From: a virus
DNA length: 56,226 nt
Direction: 5' to 3' (one strand)
Virus record (IMG/VR): IMGVR_UViG_3300045988_142515
Location: 1-56,226 of that record
Numbering within the stretch: position 1 is the stretch's first letter; each line of letters opens with the position of its first letter. The notes beneath the pieces are model-generated. The model saw only the letters and a program-made list of their open reading frames with translations, ran no database searches and had not been told where the DNA came from. Below are positions 1-6,791 of this stretch, one piece after another. The translations under genes were made by a program, and so were the position numbers.

Positions 1-48
1 CCGCCTCCCTCACCTACGACAACGCCAACAGCACCGGCCACGGGGCCG
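1..48. repeat. Terminal overlap: nt 1-48 identical to nt 56179-56226 (circularly closed or terminally redundant genome, unit 56178 bp)
   Basis: Both window ends read ccgcctccctcacctacgacaacgccaacagcaccggccacggggccg. An ORF reads through the junction in frame. Confidence 0.95.
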
Positions 49-128
49 ACACCATCGCCGAAGTCACCAGGGTAGGCGCCCTCGCCCTCGCCTGGCTCAC
101 CCGCTACCAGGACGGAGAAACCCGATGA
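1..128 (+). CDS. MazG-like nucleotide pyrophosphohydrolase paralog 2, C-terminal part (5' part is 55824..56226; junction-spanning gene of about 160 aa)
   Basis: In-frame continuation ..SLTYDNANSTGHGADTIAEVTRVGALALAWLTRYQDGETR, stop TGA 126-128. Clear paralog of the C-terminus of 53714..54361. Confidence 0.7.
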   Translation, partial: ASLTYDNANSTGHGADTIAEVTRVGALALAWLTRYQDGETR

Positions 129-304
129 ACGATACTGACGCGATTGCCGCCAATCTCAAGGAGTATCTGGAAGCAGACTACTTCGCCGGGGCGATCAAAG
201 ATGTCTGCGCACTCATCAACCACATCGTCTTCCTTGAAAAGAAAGTGGCCGACCTGAAAGCCGCAATCGCGAGGATGGGAACAGAAGAAGGAGATTCGGA
301 ATGA
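125..304 (+). CDS. small coiled-coil protein, tandem paralog 1 (59 aa, below the ORF-track cutoff)
   Basis: ATG 125 overlaps the upstream stop (ATGA). Translation MNDTDAIAANLKEYLEADYFAGAIKDVCALINHIVFLEKKVADLKAAIARMGTEEGDSE. Shares the pattern I..L..Y....Y..GA..D..ALI.HI..LE....DL with 558..794. Confidence 0.5.
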   Translation: MNDTDAIAANLKEYLEADYFAGAIKDVCALINHIVFLEKKVADLKAAIARMGTEEGDSE

Positions 305-561
305 CTACCCCCGCCACCCGGTACCCCTGGCTTTGGAACACCAAGGGCATTCGCGACTCGCTGAACGACTACCGGGAAGGAAAAGGCTACGGAGGAGCAC
401 TCCTCGGAGACCCCGAGACCATGGCCGACGACATCGAAGACCTCCTGGACTACGCCGACGATTGCCGGGATAGGATCGCCGAACTCAAGGACACGATTTC
501 CACCCTCCGGGAAGAGAACTACCACCTCAACTCCACGATCCAACTGCTGGAGGAGACATGA
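301..561 (+). CDS. small coiled-coil protein, tandem paralog 2 (divergent)
   Basis: ORF track. ATGA overlaps on both sides. SLNDY..GYGGALLGD...RIAELK is a weaker match to the same family. Confidence 0.6.
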   Translation: MTTPATRYPWLWNTKGIRDSLNDYREGKGYGGALLGDPETMADDIEDLLDYADDCRDRIAELKDTISTLREENYHLNSTIQLLEET

Positions 562-794
562 GCGCCCCATCCAGGATTGTCGACAAGCTCAGGAACTACG
601 AGTACGAGAAGTACGGCTACGACGGTGCGGTTGGCGACATCTACGCGCTCATCCACCACATCGCTGACCTCGAGGAGGAGATCGACGACCTAAGGATCAA
701 GGCTCACGAGTTAGACGCCTGGCGGGGCCGTTACTGCGCGCTCCTAGAGGAGTGCGATGCCTTCCGCCCGCCTGCTCCGGAGGTGGCCGAGTGA
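558..794 (+). CDS. small coiled-coil protein, tandem paralog 3
   Basis: ORF track. KLRNYEYEKYGYDGAVGDIYALIHHIADLEEEIDDLR aligns with paralog 1. Confidence 0.6.
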   Translation: MSAPSRIVDKLRNYEYEKYGYDGAVGDIYALIHHIADLEEEIDDLRIKAHELDAWRGRYCALLEECDAFRPPAPEVAE

Positions 795-931
795 CCTCCT
801 CACTGCTGGCCACGGCCGTCGCCCTGTCCATCAGCCTCCCGATCTTCGCGCTCGGGGAGCGTCTCAGGGCGCGGCAGGGGCGCCGCCTCAGAAACCAGCT
901 CATCCCGCCCAACCGAAAGGACACACCATGA
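791..931 (+). CDS. small membrane protein (46 aa)
   Basis: GTG 791 overlaps the upstream stop (GTGA) and its TGA overlaps ATG 928. VTSSLLATAVALSISLPIFALGERL has one hydrophobic helix followed by a basic tail. Confidence 0.4.
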   Translation: MTSSLLATAVALSISLPIFALGERLRARQGRRLRNQLIPPNRKDTP

Positions 932-1701
932 GCAGATACGACTCATTCACCAGAGTGGTACACAACCAGGAAGGCCTGGAGACCGCCTACCACACCGCCT
1001 CCCCCGCCAAGGTAGAGCGGGTCCTCCTGGAGGGCGGAGCCTTCGTTTTCAGCGCGGACGAGTTCGGGCCGAACCCGGATCCTAAAGTCGAGCTCTATCT
1101 TGGGGAGGGGGCCTGGCTGGAGGTCAGCGACGGCCTCACGCCGCCCGTCCGGCTCACTCTCCCCGAGGAGTACGTCGAGGCCCTGGACCGGGAACCGCTC
1201 AGCCCGGACCGGCCCCGCCGCCTCTACTGGTCGTCGCCCACCCCTCCACACGGGCTGGACGACCCGACCCAGAACCCCTACGGCTACGGTGACGTGACCC
1301 TGTACGTGCCAGAGAGTCTGGAGCCCGCCTACCGTGACAAGGGGTTCTCCGAGTACATGGTCCCAAGTCGCCGCTACCTGGAGATCTGGGAGGGATACGC
1401 GCCGGCAGGGGCCGGGGATACCTCAGAAAGCGGCGATACCTTAGAAGCGGTCGAGTCACCTAACCACTACACCTGGCTCGGTCAGTCGCTTGCCGCGCTC
1501 GGCCTGAGCGACGCGGTCAACGTCGAATCGTGGGACGTGCTAGACGCGGCTTTCCCGTCCGACCCCCTCCTGTGGAACTGTGGCAAATACCTGCTGCGGC
1601 AAGGTCGCAAGGGCGGAAGGGGGAAGCGCCTGGAGGACCTGCGTAAGGCCCGCCAGTACCTAGACCGGCAGATCGCTCAGCTGGCTCGGGGAGGTGAGTG
1701 A
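928..1701 (+). CDS. DUF3310-like domain protein
   Basis: ATG 928 inside ORF 757..1701. C-terminus SPNHY...WNCGKYLLRQGRKGG..LEDLRKARQYLDRQI fits the DUF3310 signature as I recall it (HY ... KYL.R ... DL.KA..YL). Confidence 0.65.
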   Translation: MSRYDSFTRVVHNQEGLETAYHTASPAKVERVLLEGGAFVFSADEFGPNPDPKVELYLGEGAWLEVSDGLTPPVRLTLPEEYVEALDREPLSPDRPRRLYWSSPTPPHGLDDPTQNPYGYGDVTLYVPESLEPAYRDKGFSEYMVPSRRYLEIWEGYAPAGAGDTSESGDTLEAVESPNHYTWLGQSLAALGLSDAVNVESWDVLDAAFPSDPLLWNCGKYLLRQGRKGGRGKRLEDLRKARQYLDRQIAQLARGGE

Positions 1702-1729
1702 CCGCGATCACTGGAATGTGGGGATAGGG

Positions 1730-1770
1730 AGGCTAGCGCCGCACGTGGGGGCGGCGCTAGCCTTATCTTG
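1730..1770 (+). terminator. intrinsic terminator
   Basis: 13-bp perfect stem aggctagcgccgc / gcggcgctagcct, 8-nt loop, followed by tatcttgt. Confidence 0.7.
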
Positions 1771-1807
1771 TACCCAGACAGGTAATCCACTCACAAAGGA
1801 GAGTGAC

Positions 1808-2377
1808 ATGAGCAACACTGAGACCTACCCCGAGAAGGTGGACCGCATCGCCGCCGAGCTGCTGGATGTCCTACGCGACTCGCTCGGCCCCGGCCGACGT
1901 CTGCCCGAGGCCCGCGCGGATTACGCCCGCTACGGCGACCACTCCATCACCGTGCGCGATGGTGAGAGCGGGCGCGTTGAGGTGACCGCCCACCTGACCG
2001 ACTCCGGAGCCGTGCGGGAGTACTCGGCCCGCCTCACTCACGGCGACCAGGACTCCAGGCCGCGGACCACCGTCGGCCCGCTCCGCACGGACTGCTCCGA
2101 GGATCTCGAGGAGCACCCCACCCTCGCCTACGTCCTCCCCCTCATCATCCGCCTGGGTGTGGCGGAGGGGCGGATGAGGAGTGCGGCGCAGGCACTGGGG
2201 AGGGCCGGATTCCTGGCCGAGCGCCTCGGCTCGAGGGTCGTCCTGAGGGAGGCCCGGCCGTGGGGGTCTTACGCCGTCGCTACCGTCGAGCTAGACCCGG
2301 ACAACGGCTCGCTGCACGCTCACGGCCGGGACGCTGCCCAGGTGCGGAGGGTCCTGTACCAGGCCAAGATCTTCTGA
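1808..2377 (+). CDS. hypothetical protein (189 aa)
   Basis: ATG 1808 preceded by aaaggagag, inside ORF 1694..2377. Normal amino-acid composition. Confidence 0.65.
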   Translation: MSNTETYPEKVDRIAAELLDVLRDSLGPGRRLPEARADYARYGDHSITVRDGESGRVEVTAHLTDSGAVREYSARLTHGDQDSRPRTTVGPLRTDCSEDLEEHPTLAYVLPLIIRLGVAEGRMRSAAQALGRAGFLAERLGSRVVLREARPWGSYAVATVELDPDNGSLHAHGRDAAQVRRVLYQAKIF

Positions 2378-2419
2378 GTGATCTGTGACGCGAGCCACTG
2401 AATACGCCCCGCTAGCGGC

Positions 2420-2449
2420 TTGCTGGTGGGGCGTATGCACGCATACGCT
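2420..2449 (+). promoter_or_regulatory. promoter with embedded GTATG-N4-CATAC palindrome; leaderless start at 2456
   Basis: GGCTTGCTG -35 (TTGCTG 2420-2425), 18-nt spacer, TACGCT 2444-2449, then 6 nt to ATG 2456. Palindrome at 2433-2446. Confidence 0.6.
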
Positions 2450-2455
2450 AGAGCC

Positions 2456-2926
2456 ATGAGAACGAACCGCCCCGCCCGCCAGACCGCCATCCACGCCCAC
2501 CGCGCACCGCGCCCAACCCTCGCAGCCATGTTCGTCGCCGCCATCGCCGCAGCGGCCCTCACCATCCTCGTCACCGTCGCCGTGGTCGCCCTGGCCTGCT
2601 ACCTGGCCGAGGCCCCCGCGGCCCCCGCCTCGAGGAGCGGTAGCAGCCAGCAGGCCTCGACCACGTCGACCGCGCCGCTGATCGACCTCACCGCGGGCCG
2701 TGGCGCCGACTCCGCCACCTGCAAGCACGCCCCGCGCTCGCCCCGCTGCCTGCGCGAGGGAGGCACCGCCGCCGTCGTTCGCGACCGGGGCGCGGCCCGC
2801 CCGGTAGGGGGCGGCGACGACCAGGCCGTCCTGCTCGGCGGCGAGGACGCCCGCCCGGCCGAGGTGCCGGGCCGTGTGCCCGGCCGCGGCGGCTGGGTCA
2901 GCGAGGAGGGCCCGTCGCAGGCCTGA
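2456..2926 (+). CDS. membrane protein (156 aa)
   Basis: ATG lies 6 nt after the -10. TM helix LAAMFVAAIAAAALTILVTVAVVALACYLA. In frame with ORF 2420..2926. Confidence 0.6.
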   Translation: MRTNRPARQTAIHAHRAPRPTLAAMFVAAIAAAALTILVTVAVVALACYLAEAPAAPASRSGSSQQASTTSTAPLIDLTAGRGADSATCKHAPRSPRCLREGGTAAVVRDRGAARPVGGGDDQAVLLGGEDARPAEVPGRVPGRGGWVSEEGPSQA

Positions 2927-2967
2927 CCCGGCCGAACCGGCGGAATCGAGCCGATTCGGCTGAGGGC

Positions 2968-2997
2968 TTGCACCCGGCCTGTATGACGGCATACGCT
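2968..2997 (+). promoter_or_regulatory. promoter with embedded GTATG-N4-CATAC palindrome; leaderless start at 3004
   Basis: GGCTTGCAC -35 (2968-2973), 18-nt spacer, TACGCT 2992-2997, then 6 nt to ATG 3004. Palindrome at 2981-2994. Confidence 0.6.
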
Positions 2998-3003
2998 GTA
3001 GCC

Positions 3004-3360
3004 ATGATCGATTCACGAACCGCCCAGCAGCCCGCCAACCACCTCACCACCCAGGAGCCCACTGTGACCCAGACCACTACCCCCTCCGCCCCCTCCGCCG
3101 ACCAGCTGACCGACCAGATGAAAGTGATCGCCGCCACCGCCTCAGCCACCCTCGGCCTGACCCAGGTCAACGAGTGGCGCACCGGCCGGATCGGCCTCAT
3201 CAAGGAGCACAGCCCGCTCCAGGCCCGCATGAGGGTCGAGGACGGCCAGGTCGTGGCCCGGATGACCGGCCGCGAGCGCGGCGGGCGAGAGGTGGCCGGC
3301 CAGATGGCCGACGTGCTGGACGCCCTCGTGCAGCACTTCGAGGCGCCCCTGCCCGCCTGA
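3004..3360 (+). CDS. hypothetical protein (118 aa)
   Basis: ATG 3004 inside ORF 2968..3360. MIDSRTAQQPANHL... Confidence 0.6.
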   Translation: MIDSRTAQQPANHLTTQEPTVTQTTTPSAPSADQLTDQMKVIAATASATLGLTQVNEWRTGRIGLIKEHSPLQARMRVEDGQVVARMTGRERGGREVAGQMADVLDALVQHFEAPLPA

Positions 3361-3390
3361 CCGGACGGCCGCCTCCCGGCGGCTTGCAGC

Positions 3391-3428
3391 AGGCCCCGCT
3401 CACCTGAGGAGGTGGGCGGGGCCTTTTC
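3391..3428 (+). terminator. intrinsic terminator
   Basis: aggccccgctcacc / ggtgggcggggcct stem (one mismatch), followed by tttt. Confidence 0.65.
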
Positions 3429-3540
3429 ATGCCCGTGAAGGGGTCTAGGAGCGTTTCTGACGGACTTTCATGGCCGGGTAGGGCCCGTCATACGGGCGGC
3501 AGGTTCTAAGCCGTCAGAGGGGCTTACACGGCCTCACAGG
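3428..3540 (+). repeat. 113-nt conserved non-coding element, copy A (copy B at 39940..40052)
   Basis: Three blocks sit at identical offsets in both copies: catgccc (0), gagcgYttctgacggacttt (+21), tcagaNNggcttacacggc (+86). The spacers between them are divergent. Confidence 0.7.
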
Positions 3541-3855
3541 CGGCGGTCCCTCCGTAGGAGGGACGCGAGGTGCGCGGCGGGGGCGGTCCGAGGAGGGGAG
3601 GAGGAGGGGAAGGGCGCTCGGAGAGGCGTACGTCCTTAGAGGCCGTCCGAGCCCCGTAGACGGGCGAACGCCCCGGTACCTAGGTGCAGGTACCGGGGCG
3701 TAGGTGTTAGGCCGTCAGCGAGGCTTACAGGGCGGTTAGAAGGCGCTTCAGGGCGAGGGGCCGAGGGGCGTGGGCGGCGGCGACCGCGTAGCGGTCCTGC
3801 CAGCGTAGGAGCTGGTGCGGGTGCACAACCCGGAGGGCTATCCGGGGCGGGGCGG

Positions 3856-3877
3856 AACCTGGGAGAACCCTGGGAAC
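3856..3877 (+). repeat. 22-bp direct repeat aacctgggagaaccctgggaac (second copy 4160..4181)
   Basis: Exact match by eye. The two copies bracket a low-GC segment. Confidence 0.85.
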
Positions 3878-3915
3878 GTAGTGTGGCGCCAGCCACAGGT
3901 CCTTACTATATCTAT

Positions 3916-3946
3916 GGCTTCCCCTCCCCTACGGGGAGGGGAAGCC
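3916..3946. terminator. perfect 14-bp hairpin, candidate bidirectional terminator
   Basis: ggcttcccctcccc tac ggggaggggaagcc, with A/T-rich sequence on both sides. Confidence 0.55.
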
Positions 3947-3999
3947 TATTAGAGAATATGTAACTTAGCATACAACCGCGCCATTCCAACGGAAAGTAC

Positions 4000-4014
4000 G
4001 TATGCTCTGCATAC
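4000..4014. promoter_or_regulatory. GTATG-N5-CATAC operator-like palindrome inside the AT-rich island
   Basis: gtatgctctgcatac. Extra half-sites lie nearby (gcatacaac 3968, ctcatacgtc 4070). Confidence 0.45.
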
Positions 4015-4135
4015 ATCAGACGGTAGCAAGTGTATGACAAGTTACATGTGACGTAGATCTCTTGCCCGCCCTCATACGTCACTTTGAGAAATTAATTTGA
4101 GTGACGGCATTCACATACCTGGAGGTACAGCGGGT

Positions 4136-4182
4136 GAGAAACCTGGGAGAACCCTGAGAAACCTGGGAGAACCCTGGGAACC
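4136..4182 (+). repeat. 20-bp tandem repeat (iteron-like) gagaaacctgggagaaccct x2.3
   Basis: Units at 4136-4155 and 4156-4175 plus a partial unit. Related copies at 3856 and 4441 (agaaacctggga). Confidence 0.85.
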
Positions 4183-4665
4183 GCTACGGGCTCGGAGAGG
4201 GGCCGGCGGTCGTCGTGGAGCCGGTCAGGGAGGCGCCTCGAAGGGGCGGGAGCCTGTACCGATCCGGTCAGGGACGTCTACGTACCGCCCCCGTGCCGCC
4301 GGTCGGACCGAAGCCGCCGTCGCGGACGGAAAGCTGGGGCGGGACGCTGGGCAGCTCTGGGGGCGATGGCGGAATACAGCGGAAAAGTCGGACGATGTAT
4401 GCCGTCATAACGGACTTTTCGTTGCAATCCCAACGGTCAGAGAAACCTGGGACGGAATTAGGCATGCCGTGTACCGTGTGCCGAGGCCGTACCCGTTGGC
4501 TGGGCTAGGCGTGGCCGCGGTCACACAAAATGGCGGGATAGGCGTAGGCACTCCGTGCCGCTGCCGGTCCGCATCCTGCTTGCCCCCGTCCCGGCGAAGC
4601 CGGGCCGCGGCTGCGCGCGAGCGTCGCGGCCGCCAGGTGCATGACACGGTGCACCCTCATCGCTA

Positions 4666-4703
4666 CGGCGCCAGCGCTCCGCTGCGCTCCGCGGCGAGGG
4701 CGC
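4666..4703. other. hairpin H3: GGCGCC/GGCGCC stem carrying the conserved loop cgctccgctgcgctccgc
   Basis: The loop core is identical to the H1 loop (39595..39638) and nearly identical to the H2 loop (39794..39835), but the stem sequence is different. Confidence 0.5.
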
Positions 4704-4984
4704 CTGGGCGATGAGTGCGCAGCGATGTCATACACCCGGCCGCGAGCACTCGCTCCATGGGCCTAAGGCCCTGGCGGAGGCGTGCATGCCAGGGTGCACA
4801 CCGCCTGCGCCTAGGGGCTCCGGCGGGTGCAGCCATGGCATACACGCCCCGGCAGGGGAGGGCTGTGCGGGGCGGCTCACCTCGGGGCGGGGTGTCGATC
4901 GGTCGCTGCGCTCCCTCTCGAACCGCCCCGGGCTCGGGGTGCCCGCTACGCCCTCGGAGGTAGGGCGAGGTCGGGGAGGGCGTC

Positions 4985-5206
4985 TCAGCCGAGGGGGCTG
5001 AACGGGCTGGCAAGGAGGCCTCCCAGACAGAGGGCAGCCCCGAGCAGGGTCGCACACACCAGAGCCAGGAAGAGGATGTCCGGGCCGGTGGGGGAGCCTG
5101 TCAGGCCGCGAGAGGGGTCGGGATGGCGGTAGCCGGGGCAGGCGGGGGGCTGCGAGCCTCCGACGGCCTTGTAACGCCGGTGGCGGGGGCGGTAGGGGGT
5201 AGACAT
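4985..5206 (-). CDS. small membrane protein (73 aa)
   Basis: ATG at 5206 preceded by AAGGAGA plus a 5-nt spacer. C-terminal TM helix ILFLALVCATLLGAALCLGGLLA. In frame with ORF 4985..5647. Confidence 0.55.
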   Translation of the reverse strand: MSTPYRPRHRRYKAVGGSQPPACPGYRHPDPSRGLTGSPTGPDILFLALVCATLLGAALCLGGLLASPFSPLG

Positions 5207-5277
5207 GTCAGGTCTCCTTAAAAGGCTGTGAGGGGCTGTGAGACGGTCGGGAGGACTGTGAGGGCTGAGAGGACGGC

Positions 5278-6093
5278 CTAGCGCCGGACCAGGCCGGTCA
5301 TCGAGCCGTCCTCCTCGAGGACCACGGCGTGGCGGGCGTCGGAGCTGGCGTGGGCCAGGCAGGGCATGGGGGTGTCTGGGGCGGTGGTGCAGCGGGGCAG
5401 GTCGAGAGGGGACGCTGAGGGGTCGTTCTTCGAGTAGGGGGCGCAGGTGTCGGAAGTGACCCAGCCCGGGGCGGGAGCCGAGGCGGGGGCCGGGGAGTGA
5501 GCGGAAGTGATGGGAGAGGGGGTGGTAACGCGCGTTAGCGTGCAACCCTCCGGGGAGGCGGGGGTGGTGGGGTGGGAGGGCGTGGCGGAGGGGTATGGGG
5601 TCCCGGCCTGCTCCGGAGTCGAGGTTCCGGCGCCGGTTCCGCGGCACTCACGCTGGGCCTGATTCCAGTCCTGAGCGGCTAGGGCGTGGCAGTAGGCCCG
5701 AGCGGTGCGGTGGGCGTTGATGGCGGCCACGTTGCAGGCCCCGAGCAGGGCGGCTACGAGGGCGGCGCCGATGGCGAGCTGCATGAGGGAGGGGTGCCAC
5801 CTCATGGAGGGGCGGCGCAGGATGCCGGGGCGGCCCATGTCCTGGAGGGGGGTCTCCTGCTCGGCCTGCTGGGAGGGGGCCTGCTCGGTCGGGCCAGGCC
5901 GGGATGGGGCGGCGAGCGGCAGCTCCTCGGTCGGCGTGCGGTCGCGCCAGCCGGCGAAGGGGGCGGCGTGGCTGGGGTGGGCGGGCCGGCCCGTCGGGTA
6001 GGTGCCCGTCGGGTAGGTGCCCGTCGGGTAGGTGCCCGTCGGGCGGTCGGTGTGCGGGCGGTCGGTGTGCGGGGCGCTGGGGTGGTTGCTCAT
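5278..6093 (-). CDS. membrane-anchored repeat protein (271 aa): HTDRPx2 and TGTYPx3 repeats, one TM helix, Pro/Thr/Ser-rich Cys-containing C-terminal domain
   Basis: Leaderless ATG 6093 lies 6 nt after the -10 of the minus-strand promoter. MSNHPSAPHTDRPHTDRPTGTYPTGTYPTGTYP..., TM helix LMQLAIGAALVAALLGACNVAAI. Confidence 0.6.
   Translation of the reverse strand: MSNHPSAPHTDRPHTDRPTGTYPTGTYPTGTYPTGRPAHPSHAAPFAGWRDRTPTEELPLAAPSRPGPTEQAPSQQAEQETPLQDMGRPGILRRPSMRWHPSLMQLAIGAALVAALLGACNVAAINAHRTARAYCHALAAQDWNQAQRECRGTGAGTSTPEQAGTPYPSATPSHPTTPASPEGCTLTRVTTPSPITSAHSPAPASAPAPGWVTSDTCAPYSKNDPSASPLDLPRCTTAPDTPMPCLAHASSDARHAVVLEEDGSMTGLVRR
5990..6073. repeat. two adjacent in-frame 15-bp tandem arrays (cccgtcgggtaggtg x3.6; cggtcggtgtgcggg x2)
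   Basis: Read directly. They encode the TGTYP and HTDRP pentapeptide repeats of the minus-strand gene. Confidence 0.9.
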
Positions 6094-6099
6094 GCCCCT

Positions 6100-6129
6100 A
6101 CTGTATGACGGCATACGGGGTGGGTGCAA
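6100..6129 (-). promoter_or_regulatory. minus-strand promoter with GTATG-N4-CATAC palindrome; leaderless start at 6093
   Basis: On the minus strand: TTGCAC (6129-6124), 18-nt spacer, TACAGT (6105-6100), then 6 nt to the ATG. Palindrome at 6103-6116. Confidence 0.6.
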
Positions 6130-6400
6130 GTCCGGGACCGAAGGCGGCCGGGCCAGGCCGGGCTCCCTCGTCCTGGGAGGGGTCGAGGCGCTCGCGGGGC
6201 GGCGCCGGCCCCTCGTGAAGCTATGCCTATTTAAACCGCGCGTACGCGGGCGCGCCTGTGGTGGCACGGCCCTCCGGCCGCGGTGTGGGACCTAGGTCCT
6301 ACCAGAGAGGGGCGGGCCGGAGGGGCGGGGTGGCAGGCCGCGAGCGCGAGACGGCCTGCTGTGTACGGTGTACGCGGGGAGGTGGCTTGACCGAGGGGAG

Positions 6401-6475
6401 GTGTGGGGTGGGGTGGAGTGGTGGTGTGGGGTGGGGTGGAGTGGTGGTGTGGGGTGGAGTGGTGTGGTGGAGGGC
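6401..6475 (+). repeat. G-rich 23-bp tandem repeat gtgtggggtggggtggagtggtg x2.7-3 (G-quadruplex-capable)
   Basis: Units at 6401-6423 and 6424-6446 plus a degenerate third unit. Five or more GGGG runs. Confidence 0.85.
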
Positions 6476-6615
6476 GCAGCCCCTTCGTGCTCGGAAAGGG
6501 CACCCCTATGGATAGGCCCCTATACATAGGCATGCACGATGGGGACGAGGCAGGCCGGCCGGCCGCCCTTCGCTCATAGGATCCGCGAGCGCGGGGCCGT
6601 CCACTCATAGGTCTT

Positions 6616-6656
6616 CCTGATGAGGGAGGGGCGATCGATGCCCCTTATCGATCAGG
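6616..6656. other. 41-nt composite hairpin centred on gatcgat
   Basis: cctgat-gagg-gaggggc-gatcgat-gcccctt-atcg-atcagg. Three ATCGAT sites lie within 6633-6715. Confidence 0.5.
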
Positions 6657-6742
6657 CCCGGACCGAGGGGGCGAGCCCGCGCCCATGGGGTTTCCTAATG
6701 TTTACGGAGAGATCGATAGGGAGGGGGTGGGCTTGGCCCCCC

Positions 6743-6748
6743 TATAAT
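6743..6748 (+). promoter_or_regulatory. consensus TATAAT -10 box upstream of the 6792 gene
   Basis: cccctataattcat. No convincing -35 box. Confidence 0.35.
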
Positions 6749-6777
6749 TCATACCAATAACCCACCCTCAACCTTTT

Positions 6778-6791
6778 GTATGGGAGCATAC
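6778..6791. promoter_or_regulatory. GTATG-N4-CATAC palindrome abutting start codon 6792
   Basis: gtatgggagcatac immediately followed by ATG. Confidence 0.45.

Noticed and set aside
3381-3389. Additional GGCTTGCAG box as a promoter
   Set aside because: There is no -10-like hexamer at 16-19 nt downstream. The box lies just upstream of the terminator at 3391-3428.
3636-4714. ORFs 3636..3896 (minus) and 4097..4714 (+), plus overlapping ORFs up to 5132
   Set aside because: Low-complexity Arg/Gly/Pro translations with no RBS, running across repeats and hairpins. Treated as non-coding.
5990-6475. Possible CRISPR-like array suggested by the tandem repeats
   Set aside because: The repeats are contiguous, with 15-bp and 23-bp units and no spacers. 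One set is in-frame coding sequence. This is not CRISPR architecture, and no cas genes are present.
6616-6656. Hammerhead-like CUGAUGAG box (6618) and CUGACGAG (about 40518)
   Set aside because: No correctly placed GAAA box or three-stem junction could be assembled around either site. The 6616-6656 sequence is better explained as a simple composite hairpin.
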